Shown here one piece after another: positions 41,394-50,741 of a stretch of 64,000 nt of DNA. Source of the DNA: an uncultured Gammaproteobacteria bacterium (GTDB taxonomy: Bacteria > Pseudomonadota > Gammaproteobacteria > UBA9214); NCBI GenBank assembly GCA_963773065.1, contig CAVYZN010000011.1:188967-252966 (forward strand), given 5' to 3'. The notes under the pieces were generated by a model. It ran no database searches. It had not been told where the DNA came from and saw nothing but the letters and a program-made list of their open reading frames with translations. Numbering within the stretch: position 1 is the first letter of the stretch; each line of letters begins with the position of its first letter. The position numbers and the translations under genes are program-made.

Positions 41394-42968
41394 CTAGCAG
41401 CCTGTCGGACTTAGACCGACACTGCTAAAATAACACCAACAAAACCAAGCGTAACAAACAAACATGGCCCGATTCCGCGAGATAGACCGAGACACCGACT
41501 TCCTGTTTCCGCCATCGGTACAGAACTGGCTGCCGAAGGAGCACCTGGCGCGCTACATTGCCAACGTGGTCGAGAGCCTGGACCTTGGCGCGATCGAACG
41601 CGTCTACGCAGGACGCGGCAGCGATGCGTATCACCCCGCCACGCTGATGAGCCTGCTGATTTACGGCTATGCCACAGGCGTGTTCTCCAGCCGCCAGATC
41701 GAGCGGGCCACCTACGATTCGGTTGCCTTCCGGTATCTGGCGTGCAACCGTCACCCTGATCACGACACGCTGGCGAATTTCCGGCGCCGCTTTGGCAACG
41801 AATTCAGTTCGCTGTTTGTGCAGGTGTTGCAGATTGCCCACGCCAATCGCTTCAGCCAATTCGGCACGGTGAGTCTGGATGGCACCAAGATACACGCCAA
41901 CGCCAGTCGGCACAGCGCGCGCTCCTATGGGCACGCTGAGAAGCTGGAAGTGCACCTCAAGAATGAGGTTCAGGAATTACTTGCGCTGGCCGAGCAGGCG
42001 GATCAGCGGGGTGTCCCCGAGGGTATGAATGTTCCGGATGAGATCACGCGGCGGGAAGATCAGCTGCGTGCGATTGCGCAGGCCAAGGCGAAGATCGAAG
42101 CGCGGGTGAAGGAGCGCTACGAGCGGGAGAAGCGTGAGTACGATGCCAAGGTGAAGGCGCGCGAAGAGAAGGAAGCCAAGACGGGCAAGAAGCCAGGTGG
42201 CAGCGCACCGACTGCACCGACCGCGACGCCGCGTGCGCAAGATCAAGTGAATCTCACGGACGATGAATCCCGGATCATGAAGGTGGCGGCCGGTGGGTTC
42301 GAACAGTGCTACAACGCGCAAGCGATGGTGGACACGGAGAGCCTGTTGGTTTTGGTGGCGGACGTGAGCCAAGAAGCGAACGACAAGCAACAGGTTGTGC
42401 CGATGCTGGAGCAGCTCGACACGCTGCCCGAGGGACTGAATTTGCCCAAGGCGCTGCTGGCCGATGCCGGCTACTACAGCGAAGGGAACATCGATGCGTG
42501 TTGCAAGGCGGAGATCGAACCGCTGATCGCCGCGGGCAGGGAAGGCCACCATGAGAACTGGAAGACACGATTCGGCGAGCCGGAACCGCTGGCCGCGGAT
42601 GCCACGCGTGCGGAGACGATGAGGCACCGCCTCAAGACACGCGCCGGTAAGAAAGAATACGCGCTACGCAAGCAAACGGTTGAGCCGGTGTTCGGCATCA
42701 TCAAGTCGGTGATGAAATTCCGGCAGTTCATGTTGCGTGGTTTGAGGCAAGTTCGCAGCGAGTGGACGCTGGTGTGCCTGGCGTGGAATTTGAAGCGCAT
42801 GGCCGTATTGCGTCCAAAATTTGCCGGATGCGGTTGAAATGCAGGAAAACCGGGGAATACTGCAGTCGATACGACACAGGACGCCACTGATAGGCTAAAT
42901 ATTGAGCAAATCGCAACCGTGGCGATCGAAATCCCTCGTCAGCGGTTTCAAGTCCGACAGCCTGCTAG
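41394..42968 (+). mobile_element. IS1182-family element
   Basis: 19-bp IRs CTAGCAGCCTGTCGGACTT (41394) and AAGTCCGACAGCCTGCTAG (42950-42968), 18/19 matching. No flanking duplication seen. Confidence 0.8.
41464..42837 (+). CDS. IS1182-family transposase
   Basis: 457-aa ORF: FLFPPSVQNWLPKEHLARYI...YHPATLMSLLIYGYATGVFSSRQIERATYDSVAFRYLACNRHPDHDTLANFRRRF, with a DDE region in the C-terminal half. Confidence 0.9.
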   Translation: MARFREIDRDTDFLFPPSVQNWLPKEHLARYIANVVESLDLGAIERVYAGRGSDAYHPATLMSLLIYGYATGVFSSRQIERATYDSVAFRYLACNRHPDHDTLANFRRRFGNEFSSLFVQVLQIAHANRFSQFGTVSLDGTKIHANASRHSARSYGHAEKLEVHLKNEVQELLALAEQADQRGVPEGMNVPDEITRREDQLRAIAQAKAKIEARVKERYEREKREYDAKVKAREEKEAKTGKKPGGSAPTAPTATPRAQDQVNLTDDESRIMKVAAGGFEQCYNAQAMVDTESLLVLVADVSQEANDKQQVVPMLEQLDTLPEGLNLPKALLADAGYYSEGNIDACCKAEIEPLIAAGREGHHENWKTRFGEPEPLAADATRAETMRHRLKTRAGKKEYALRKQTVEPVFGIIKSVMKFRQFMLRGLRQVRSEWTLVCLAWNLKRMAVLRPKFAGCG

Positions 42969-43168
42969 AACTCAAGGTCGTCATCGAACTGAAGCTCGGC
43001 CTGCTGCTCGTTTGCGCCCTGGGTAACGGTTTCCTCGCGAAGCAGATCAATGATCTGATCGCCATAGATCTCCCAGAGCTGATCTCGAAGCACCTCCAGG
43101 AATTCGATGACGGCATGGGCTTCCGGGGCGTCCCAGTAGGTGTATAAGCGTGTGACTTTCATCGACAT
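42965..43168 (-). CDS. small acidic ORF translationally coupled to istB (accessory gene of the IS21-like element)
   Basis: 67 codons. Its ATG at 43168 lies 2 nt from the istB stop (43171). Its present stop codon is supplied by the IS1182 terminal CTAG; without the IS it would read on for 3 more codons. Confidence 0.45.
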   Translation of the reverse strand: MSMKVTRLYTYWDAPEAHAVIEFLEVLRDQLWEIYGDQIIDLLREETVTQGANEQQAELQFDDDLEF

Positions 43169-43170
43169 GG

Positions 43171-43980
43171 TCAGCGGTCTCCTGCGGGCGTTCTTGGAGT
43201 GGCGCTACGCGTGGATTTCGTGGATTTCTTCTTCCTGCTGGCGCGCTCCTTCGCCTCTCGGAAGCGATAGGACTCGCCCTCGAGGACGATGATCTCGGAG
43301 TGATGCACCAGGCGATCGACGATTGAGATCACGCAGGCTGCGTTGGGGAACACCTCGTTCCACTCGCCAAAGGGTCGGTTTGTGGTCACAATCGTTGGCT
43401 TGAGCTCATAGCGTTGATTAACGATGTTGAACAGCAGATCCGCATGGCGACTGCCGTAGGAGAGGTAACCGACTTCATCGATCACCAGCACCTGTGGATG
43501 CGCGTAGTGTTTCAGGCGTCGGCGCAAGGCGTTGTCACCCTCCTGTGCCGCCAGGTCCCCGAGCATCTGGGCGGAGTTGACGAACAAGGCGCTGTGTCCC
43601 TGCAGGACGGCGTGATGCACGATGTTCTGTGCGATGGTGGATTTGCCGACGCCGTTGGGCCCGACCAGAATGACGTTGGTGGCGTCCTTGATGAAGTTGA
43701 GGCGCATCAGCTCTGAGACGGCCGCCTTGTCGCACTGCGCGGGCCAGTCCCAGTCGAAGTCAGCGAGGGGTTTGAAGCGGCCGATGTGCGCCGCGCTCAG
43801 CCGTCGTTCCAGACCGCGGCGCTTGCGCTCGCTGTCCTCCCACTGGAGCAACGCCCTCACCCAGTCGATCTGCGGGTCGCTCAGCTCCTCCCAGTGCGCA
43901 ACCAGCCCATGGAGCTTGAGCGCGAGCGCCCGCTGCTTGAGCGCTTCCTGAGGGATCCCTGCATCAGCGGTTCTCGTCAT
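43171..43980 (-). CDS. istB: IS21-family helper ATPase IstB
   Basis: Start at MTRTADAG... (43980). Walker A LVGPNGVGKST, Walker B VLVIDEVGY, and the ...TTNRPFGEWNEVF motif. Confidence 0.92.
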   Translation of the reverse strand: MTRTADAGIPQEALKQRALALKLHGLVAHWEELSDPQIDWVRALLQWEDSERKRRGLERRLSAAHIGRFKPLADFDWDWPAQCDKAAVSELMRLNFIKDATNVILVGPNGVGKSTIAQNIVHHAVLQGHSALFVNSAQMLGDLAAQEGDNALRRRLKHYAHPQVLVIDEVGYLSYGSRHADLLFNIVNQRYELKPTIVTTNRPFGEWNEVFPNAACVISIVDRLVHHSEIIVLEGESYRFREAKERASRKKKSTKSTRSATPRTPAGDR

Positions 43981-45546
43981 CGGTGCGCTCCTGTTGCTCT
44001 GCCATCTCGGCGGCGTCGTCGGTGTCGAGTTGATCGTAGGCCGCCAGGGAGGCGGGACGCACCACGATGTTTCTCGCCTTGGCGTTGTCCGGCAGCACGA
44101 TGGCCAGCGGTGGCGGCAGGTGGCGCTGCTCACGCGCTCGCTCCAGCGCCTGGCGCACCGCATTGGGGTGCGGAACCCCGTTGGCGAGCGCCTCGGCGAT
44201 GGCGTGCTCGAGCGCGCTTGCACCGTATTCGTCGAGCAGCCGGGTCAGCTGCGAGACGACCTGGCTCAGGCGGTTGCCCCGCTCGGCCGCCTCGCGCAGC
44301 AACTGGCGGCTCGACGGCGCCGCGTGCGCCAGGCGGTCCTGACCGCGGTGCTGGCGTGCGCCGCGCTTGGCATCGATCAACGCCTCGATATGGCCCGGAT
44401 CCTCGATCTGCTCGCCCTTGCCATAGACGCGCCGGTGCTCGGCAATCACCGCGCCGGCGTCAAGCACCCGCACCTGGGTCGGCGAGGCCAGGACCGTCAC
44501 GGTGCGCCGCACCTGGGTGTGCGGCACCGAGTAGTCATTAAGATCAAAGCGGATATACGGTGTCTTGCCGACACTCACTTCGAGGCGTTCCTCGGTGGGA
44601 TAGGGATTGTCCGGTAAGGCAATGAGCTGCGCGCGCTCCTGCTCGAAGGCGTCCCTGACGGTGATAGCGGGGTCTTCCGGACACGGGCGGTTGGCACTGA
44701 GGCCCGAGTACCAGGCCGCGGCCTGCGCATTCAAGTCCTCGACATCCGACCATTGACGACCGGCAAAGAAGCTGTCGCGGATGTAGCGGATCGCCCGCTC
44801 GACACGGCCTTTTTCATTGCCTCGCGCGGGCGCCACCGGCCGCGGCTCGAAGCGATAGTGTGCCGACAGCGCCAGCAGCGTGGGGTGAAAACGGATCGCC
44901 TCGCCCTGGCGCTCGAGCACGGCGGAGCGCAAGTTATCGTAGAGCAGCACCCGCGCCACACCCCCGCAGGCGCTGAACGCCGCGACGTGCCCGCGCAGGA
45001 AGTTGTCCATGCGTTGGTTGAGATAAAAGCGCAGGAAGATCTGCCGGCTCCAGCTCAACACCATCACGAAGGCCATCAACGGGCGCTGCGCCCGGCCGAT
45101 CTGTACCTGCCCGAAGTGCCCCCAGTCGATCTGTGCCTCGGCAACTGCTCCTGCGTTGCTCTACCTCCTGCATCCATGCAGTCGTGCTCGCCCGGCAGGG
45201 TTCGCAGTCGCAGATACGCCTCACTGGGCTTGCGCGGGCGCAGCTGCGCCACATGCGCCCTGAACTGGCTCGCCCCACCGGCGTAGCCGCGCGCCTGCGC
45301 CATGGCATACAGGCGTGCGGCGGTGAGCCGGGGAAACTGCGCGAGCGTCTCGATGATCATCGGGTGGTAGGGATCGACGATCGAGGCTTGGCGGGTGCGC
45401 TCGGCTTTGGGCAAGCCCGCCTGCGAGAGCACCCGATCGACGCTGGAGTGATGAATACCCAGTTGCGCGGCAATGGTGTTCACCCCCCAGCGCTCCACGA
45501 AGTGATAGCGCAGAATCTTCGCTTCCTGTTCCTTGTCGATCGTCAA
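43964..45546 (-). pseudogene. istA: IS21-family transposase IstA, disrupted by a 50-nt insertion
   Basis: The N-terminal HTH ORF (45546-45076) and the catalytic ORF (45079-43964) are separated by a 50-nt insert (45137-45186). It lies between ...LRTLPGE and AQIDWGHFGQVQIG and shifts the frame. Confidence 0.88.
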
Positions 45547-45573
45547 TGGCTGTCTCCTGTTGTCGCGCTTCGG

Positions 45574-45999
45574 TCACGGTGCTCGCGGTTGTCGAGCGCG
45601 TTCGGTGGGTCGAAGAAACTCCCGTCTCAACCAGGGCTCGCATTCACAACCACAGACATGGCAATAAATCGCGGTAGGGGCGCCGCTGCGCGCGTCTTCC
45701 TGAGGACTTTCCGGGTTGTTCAATGCGCAGAGGAGTAGAACAAGCGCCACTATCGGAAGGGAACCCTGATGCGTTACTTTTTGTCTTTGACGCGCACGGA
45801 ACCGGCCCTGACGGGCGGCGTTGGCCAGGCGACCCCGGCGCGTCGAACAGTAACGGGATCCGGCGCGTCGCAGCGACGCCGTTCGGGCCCGTTCAGCGCA
45901 ACCGCGGGCGCAGTAGAGGTTCCCCCGGTCGCACTGTCGACAGACAAAGACCTGGCAATGGCAGCCGGCACAATGGTACAGACGGGCACTGGGTTTCAT
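45574..45999 (-). CDS. Cys-rich (zinc-ribbon-like) protein encoded between the IS21-like IR and istA
   Basis: MKPSARLYHCAGCHCQVFVCRQCDRGNLYCARGCAERAR... plus a second CHVCGCEC cluster. Lies inside the IS boundaries, same strand as istAB. Confidence 0.5.
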   Translation of the reverse strand: MKPSARLYHCAGCHCQVFVCRQCDRGNLYCARGCAERARTASLRRAGSRYCSTRRGRLANAARQGRFRARQRQKVTHQGSLPIVALVLLLCALNNPESPQEDARSGAPTAIYCHVCGCECEPWLRREFLRPTERARQPRAP

Positions 46000-46304
46000 C
46001 GGCACAACCGGCCGATGAGCGCTGGATAATGACCACGCCAGGTGCGACACTACGGTGGCTGTGCGAAAGCACGGTTGGGGGCGTAGCGCCAGGGTTGACC
46101 GTCAAATCATGGCTGGCGTTACGCCTATCTCCTCGGCCAGCCTGTCTTACCAACTTTCAGATTCTCTGTCACCTGATTCGGGTGACTCCGCGCCCCGTCA
46201 AACCTCGTTCTTGCACACCGAGTCGTCAACGCAGACCTCAAGTGCAGGGGTGCGCCTCGAATACAGTCGCGGCAAATAGCCGCGGGTTTTGGTCGGCACT
46301 TACA

Positions 46305-46775
46305 TCCGGCAACAGATGGTTGAGCTGGTCCGTGCGGGCCGCAAGTATGCGGAACTGGAAAAGGAGTTTGGCTGCACCGGCTGGTCGATCCGGCAAAGGG
46401 TCAAGCAGGCCGATCGGGATTCGGGTCGGGGAGACGGTGGCCTGACGAACGAAGAGCGACAGGAGCTGATGCGGCTGCGGCGTGAGAACCGGCAGCTCAA
46501 GCTGGAGCGGGAGATCCTGTCAAAAGCCGCGGCTTGGTTTGCGAAGGAGAGCACCGCGACACCGAAGCGCTCTTCGGATTCGTGAAGGCACACCAGGCCC
46601 ATTATCCGGTACGTGTCATGTGCCGGTTGCTCAAGATCTCCCAGAGCGGCTTCTACGCATGGGACGGTCGAGCGTTGTCGGCGCGTGCGCGCGAGGACAT
46701 CGGCCTGACGGCGCTGATCCACGGTATCCATCGCCGCTCCAAAGGCGCGTACGGGGCGCCATCGATCCAGGTCGC
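46305..46775 (+). pseudogene. IS3-family orfA (3' part) and orfB (5' fragment)
   Basis: QQMVELVRAGRKYAELEKEFGCTGWSIRQRVKQADRD...LRRENRQLKLEREILSKAAAWFAKES, then the -1 frame reads HYPVRVMCRLLKISQSGFYAW...GAYGAPSI and stops being recognisable. Confidence 0.85.
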
Positions 46776-46868
46776 CGGCGTTCCAGAAGAGCGCATGGTC
46801 AAGATATTCACGGCGAATGGTTCCGATCAGCCGTTCGACGAAAGGATGCGATAACGGTACGTAAGGAA
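46770..46868 (-). pseudogene. short fragment of an rve-type transposase C-terminus
   Basis: The minus strand reads PYVPLSHPFVERLIGTIRREYLDHALFWNAGDL and abuts the IS3 fragment. Confidence 0.6.
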
Positions 46869-46956
46869 CGGATTTGATCGAGCATTCTTTCCGAATTTTC
46901 TGCAGGGAAGTTGCATTATGTTATTTCAATATCATCCGTTCGGATGATCCGGTGCG

Positions 46957-47364
46957 CTAGGTCTCCAGCCAGTTTTCCAACTTCAACCTGGGGACTCGGG
47001 AAAATTCACGGGTATTCGCGGTGACCAGCGTAAGGTCCATCGCGAGGGTATGCGCCGCAATCAACAGGTCATTGGGCCCGATAGGCATGCCCTGATGTGA
47101 CAGGTGATGGCGTAACTCACCGTAATGCCGGTCTGCCGGGGGTTCCAGGGGAAGGATTTCCATGGCGGAGAGAATCAGGTCGACTGTCTGTGCCAGTTTC
47201 TCCGAGCCTGATTTGATCGCACCAAACCGAAGCTCCGCGGCCACGACAATGCTGGTGCAGACGGCGTCCTCACTTGTCGTGGCAATTCTGCTTGCCACCG
47301 TGCCCTGCGGATGGCGGATCAGGTTGGAGAGGATGTTGGTATCGAGCAGGTAACGGAGCGCCAT
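46957..47364 (-). CDS. vapC: PIN-domain toxin VapC
   Basis: MALRYLLDTNILSNLIR...SIVVAAELRFG...PNDLLIAAHTLAMDLTLVTANTREF has the conserved acidic residues of a PIN domain. Starts 2 nt after the vapB stop. Confidence 0.9.
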   Translation of the reverse strand: MALRYLLDTNILSNLIRHPQGTVASRIATTSEDAVCTSIVVAAELRFGAIKSGSEKLAQTVDLILSAMEILPLEPPADRHYGELRHHLSHQGMPIGPNDLLIAAHTLAMDLTLVTANTREFSRVPRLKLENWLET

Positions 47365-47366
47365 GC

Positions 47367-47609
47367 TCAAAGCGTTACATCGTCCAGTGGCGGCAGGTCT
47401 TCGTCCACGTCCGGAAAGGGTATCTCCAGCGGTTCCAGGGATGAGAGCAGGGCAAGCAGCCGCCCCTTTCTGACCGGTTCCACGATCAGGCGGTTTCCCT
47501 CCTTGCGCAAGATCGCCTCATCCCCCTCCAGCTCAAACTCACGCGGGATGCGCAGTGCCTGGTTGCGCCCGTTGCGGAACAGGCGGACATGTCGTTCAGG
47601 GTGGGCCAT
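47367..47609 (-). CDS. vapB: AbrB/SpoVT-type antitoxin VapB
   Basis: 80-aa ORF: VRLFRNGRNQALRIPREFELEGDEAILRKEGNRLIVEP, a swapped-hairpin antitoxin pattern. Confidence 0.88.
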   Translation of the reverse strand: MAHPERHVRLFRNGRNQALRIPREFELEGDEAILRKEGNRLIVEPVRKGRLLALLSSLEPLEIPFPDVDEDLPPLDDVTL

Positions 47610-47891
47610 TTTGGGGATCTCCTAATGTAGGCATATGCCACAACATATGCCACGAATCGGTGGCTGTCAAGCGCAGACCATGTGCCGTTCACGCTTCGGA
47701 ATTTTTACGGGACTGGGTTGTGCACGGTTCTGCAATCGAGGCAACGGGCGCCCAATTTATTCGTAATTAAAACAATAATATACAAGACAACAATGCCCTC
47801 ATAATGCTGGGGTCGGTGGTTCGTAGCTAATCCTTCAAATATAGACAATTGCGGTGGCATCTGAACGGCTAGGCGCTGCGCAGTAACACCG

Positions 47892-48027
47892 TTACGGGCT
47901 TTTACGGGACCCTTCTCCTCCCACCCGGTAGGCGTACTCGATGTCTGTAATTCCGCCGCCGAGTTGTGCGTGGCAAAACCCCAGTTTGAGCAGCAACTCG
48001 TTGGCAATACGTTCCTCACTCCAAGAC
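47892..48027 (-). pseudogene. remnant of an rve-type transposase gene split by the IS4 insertion (other part about 50444-50560)
   Basis: Across the insertion site the minus strand reads ...GRPPIPLELRA.. / ..NSSWSEERIANELLLKLGF..., resembling the N-terminal region of the transposases at 32934 and 40390. Frames differ between the pieces. Confidence 0.5.
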
Positions 48028-50434
48028 CTGATCTTTACCCACATCTTTTCAGAGCACAAGGAAATTGAGGGCATGGTGGCAAATTTGATTTTAGATTTTC
48101 AGGTGGCCGCAGCCCCATGGTAGAGATCATAGGCGCGTTCGATATCGGCCAATCGCGCCATGCCGCGCCAGAGTACTTCCGTGCCCGGATGACCATCGCC
48201 CCTGCGTCCGAGATGACCTCCGAGCTTGCCCAGCAGTCGCACGGCTTCATTCAGGTTTGGCGGCAACTCGGGCGGTGTTTTGGTTTTGTTCACGAAGGTG
48301 ATCAACGCACGCCACTCCGAGTCGGTGAAGTACACGGTGCAGGGCACCTCGGGGGTGTGCTCGCCAAGCAGGGTCAGATAGAAGATGCGCCACGCCACGA
48401 TGAGATCGATTGCCAGGCAGTTGCTCAGACGGTGGCTGTTCTCCAGTTGCCGCGCCTCGACGCGACAACCGCTCTTGAGGATACGGTGATAGACCTCGAT
48501 GCCCCAGCGGCGCGCATACCAAGCCAGACGTTGGAACGCGTCGTCCTTGTGTCTCACCTCCACGGTGGTGAGCAGCATCCATTCCAGGGCGTCCACTGCA
48601 TCCGGCGGATCGATCTCCTGGGCCAGCACCGCCCACACCGGCACCGGCGCCAGTTGGGGGCTGCGCGCCGGGGGCTTGAGGACAACAGCGGCCGCGCGCA
48701 CCGCCAAGCGCGCCTGACGTGCCGCCCGTTTCTCATTCGGCGGGATCAGCAACTCGCGCTTGCCGATGACGGGTTGTTGCTCCAGCACCCGCCACAGCGG
48801 CTCATGGGTGTCTTCCTCACCGAGGACTTGGCGGTTGCGCGAGCGCTCGGCGCGGATCAGCAACTGCGCCCCATGCGCCGTCCTGGCCTGCGCGGCGAAC
48901 ACTTCGTGGATATCCGCCTCGCGATCGGCCATCACCACCAGTACGGTGTTGCGGCAACGCTTCTGCACCGCCGAGACCGCTTGATAGCTCTGCACCCACT
49001 TGAAGCTCTCTTTGTCCTCGATGGGTTTGCTGTGGCGCTCATGACGGCTGCCAATTCCCGTGCGAGCCCAGCATTGCAGGTCCAGCAGCCCCAACGGCGT
49101 GCCCTCGGGGGTGAACGCCAGCGTGTCGTGCACCATCAGCCCTCGCACCTGCTCGCTGTCGGTGCCGATCGGTCCCAGACCGTCGGTATGGGGATGGGTG
49201 CTGTAATTGAGGGTGGTGGTGTCCTGTGCCACCAGCACCAGAGGCGCCTCACGCACGCGCGCCTCGGCGGCCGCGTAATGCGAGGCCAGGATCGCCGGCC
49301 ACCGCACGTTTTCGTTGTCCAGAAACCGGTACGCCGCCTTGGCCGCCATCGCCGAGCCACAGGCTTGGGGAATGTTCGCCGTCGGCTTGTCGTAGAACAT
49401 GCCGGTCATCTGCAGCAGTCTGGCGGTCAAACGTGCATCGCCCATGTTCGCTCCTCCCAGTTCCGCTTCTATCCAGTCACGCGGGGCGCGTGGCAATGGC
49501 GCGGACGCGACGCGCACCTGACCATCCGCCTCGCGACACAATTGGCTCTGCCAAGCCCGCGACAGCGGCAGGACATACACGTCCTTGATGCTCGCCCCCG
49601 TGCCTTGCCGGCCGCGCCCTGCGCTGGTTCCGACCCACGTCCAATTCGCCGCACGGTAACAGGTTCCGGCAAAACGGCCGCGCTCCACATACGTCTCCAG
49701 CAGCACCGGAGCATACCCATACACCTGCTCACAGTCTTGCGCCAAGCGGGCTTGGGCGCGTGCCAGCACCCACGATGCCAGACACTTCACCTGGACGCTC
49801 GGCGCAATCAGAAAACGACTGTTGTTCACTACCAGCGGGTGATTGCGCTGGCGTGTCGCCTCGGTCCAACCGATCCAACGGTCGCGACAGTCCACGCGAA
49901 GCGCACACGCGCTGTAGCTCAAGCCCCCGAGCCAGCCATAACGGCTGCTACGCACCAGATAACGCAACTGCGCACCGCACAGCGGCCCGCTCTTCAGGTA
50001 ATGATGCGCATCGAGCATCCCGCGCCACAGCGCCGACAAGGCGTTCGAGGTGACGCGGATGATCTCCACCTCGCCCAACTCCGCCAGCGTGCAGTGCACC
50101 TCGGCGATGGGTGGGCATGCCAGCGCTTGCCGCGCCTCCTGGAAGGCGTAGCGACGCGTAAGTGCTGGCAACTTGACCACGCCGCGCCGATGCAGTTCCA
50201 GCAAGCTCTTGCGGCAACTCATCTCCTGCGGTCGGCCGCTCGCGTTGCGCCACTCCATCCACTCGCACACGCGCAGCGACAGTTGCCGTCGCGAAATGTT
50301 CGGCTCCGCATTCACCGTCTCGGTGATGCGCGACAGAATGTCCGGCGAAAATGTCCGTCCAGCAATCGTGACCATGCCGCAACTCTACGACACAATACCC
50401 GCTGTGTCCAGTCATTGTTGTGGGTAATGGTCAG
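48028..50434 (-). mobile_element. intact IS4/Tn5-like insertion sequence
   Basis: Imperfect terminal IRs (CTGATCTTTACCCACATC / CTGACCATTACCCACAAC, 15 of 20) and a perfect 9-bp target duplication CTCCAAGAC (48019-48027 and 50435-50443). Confidence 0.92.
48099..50375 (-). CDS. IS4 (Tn5-like) transposase with ~290-aa N-terminal DUF4338-like extension
   Basis: Residues ~300-758: Tn5-type N-terminal DNA-binding region (LGGANMGDARLTARLLQM...AAKAAYRFLDNENV), DDE core (LVAQDTTTLNY..., VVMADREADI..., YARRWGIEVYHRILKSG). Residues 1-290: HHYLKSGPLCGAQLRYLV...RDRWIGW...VVNNSRFLI...LLETYVERGRFAGTCYRAANW..VGTSAGRGRQ, matching my recollection of DUF4338. Confidence 0.85.
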   Translation of the reverse strand: MVTIAGRTFSPDILSRITETVNAEPNISRRQLSLRVCEWMEWRNASGRPQEMSCRKSLLELHRRGVVKLPALTRRYAFQEARQALACPPIAEVHCTLAELGEVEIIRVTSNALSALWRGMLDAHHYLKSGPLCGAQLRYLVRSSRYGWLGGLSYSACALRVDCRDRWIGWTEATRQRNHPLVVNNSRFLIAPSVQVKCLASWVLARAQARLAQDCEQVYGYAPVLLETYVERGRFAGTCYRAANWTWVGTSAGRGRQGTGASIKDVYVLPLSRAWQSQLCREADGQVRVASAPLPRAPRDWIEAELGGANMGDARLTARLLQMTGMFYDKPTANIPQACGSAMAAKAAYRFLDNENVRWPAILASHYAAAEARVREAPLVLVAQDTTTLNYSTHPHTDGLGPIGTDSEQVRGLMVHDTLAFTPEGTPLGLLDLQCWARTGIGSRHERHSKPIEDKESFKWVQSYQAVSAVQKRCRNTVLVVMADREADIHEVFAAQARTAHGAQLLIRAERSRNRQVLGEEDTHEPLWRVLEQQPVIGKRELLIPPNEKRAARQARLAVRAAAVVLKPPARSPQLAPVPVWAVLAQEIDPPDAVDALEWMLLTTVEVRHKDDAFQRLAWYARRWGIEVYHRILKSGCRVEARQLENSHRLSNCLAIDLIVAWRIFYLTLLGEHTPEVPCTVYFTDSEWRALITFVNKTKTPPELPPNLNEAVRLLGKLGGHLGRRGDGHPGTEVLWRGMARLADIERAYDLYHGAAAT

Positions 50435-50741
50435 CTCCAAGACGAATTGCTCAAAGTCATTTCCCGGTTGTGCGCGCGCGCAGTTCCAGCGGTATTGGAG
50501 GTCGTCCTGGACGCGACTTCCACCGCAAAACAGGCGTAAACCCTATTTCTCGCCGGCTACAATGTGCTAATCCCGAGAAACTGCGTCGGATCCATCTTCC
50601 GGAACCTTGCGGTGGTTGATGGCTACCCTTGAACGCACCGTCACAAGCCGGCCGTGTCGCTCGTCTTGATGAAGGCATCCGGGTTACACATGTGTGTGAC
50701 ACGGATATATTCCCACGATACAGACTGAATGGGGAATCGCT

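Larger units (their letters stand above)
41292..46304 (-). mobile_element. IS21-like element (with accessory ORFs), carrying a nested IS1182
   Basis: Ends TGTTG.../...TTACA with a 42-bp imperfect IR (inner 21 nt identical: CGCGGCTATTTGCCGCGACTG). Flanked by a 6-bp direct repeat TCCGGC (41286-41291 and 46305-46310). Removing the element and one repeat restores the IS3 orfA codons. Confidence 0.9.
41157..46775 (+). mobile_element. IS3-family element (3'-truncated) split by an IS21-like insertion
   Basis: IRL TGAACTACCTGTTGACC at 41157. orfA MAKKQRMYTPEFR (41252-41291) continues exactly as QQMVELVRAGRKYAELEKEF... at 46305. orfB stops being recognisable near 46770. Confidence 0.85.

Noticed and set aside
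46931-46948. Hairpin ATCATCCG-TT-CGGATGAT just downstream of vapC as a terminator.
   Set aside because: The stem is good, but on the transcribed (minus) strand it is not followed by a U-run. Not reported as a terminator.
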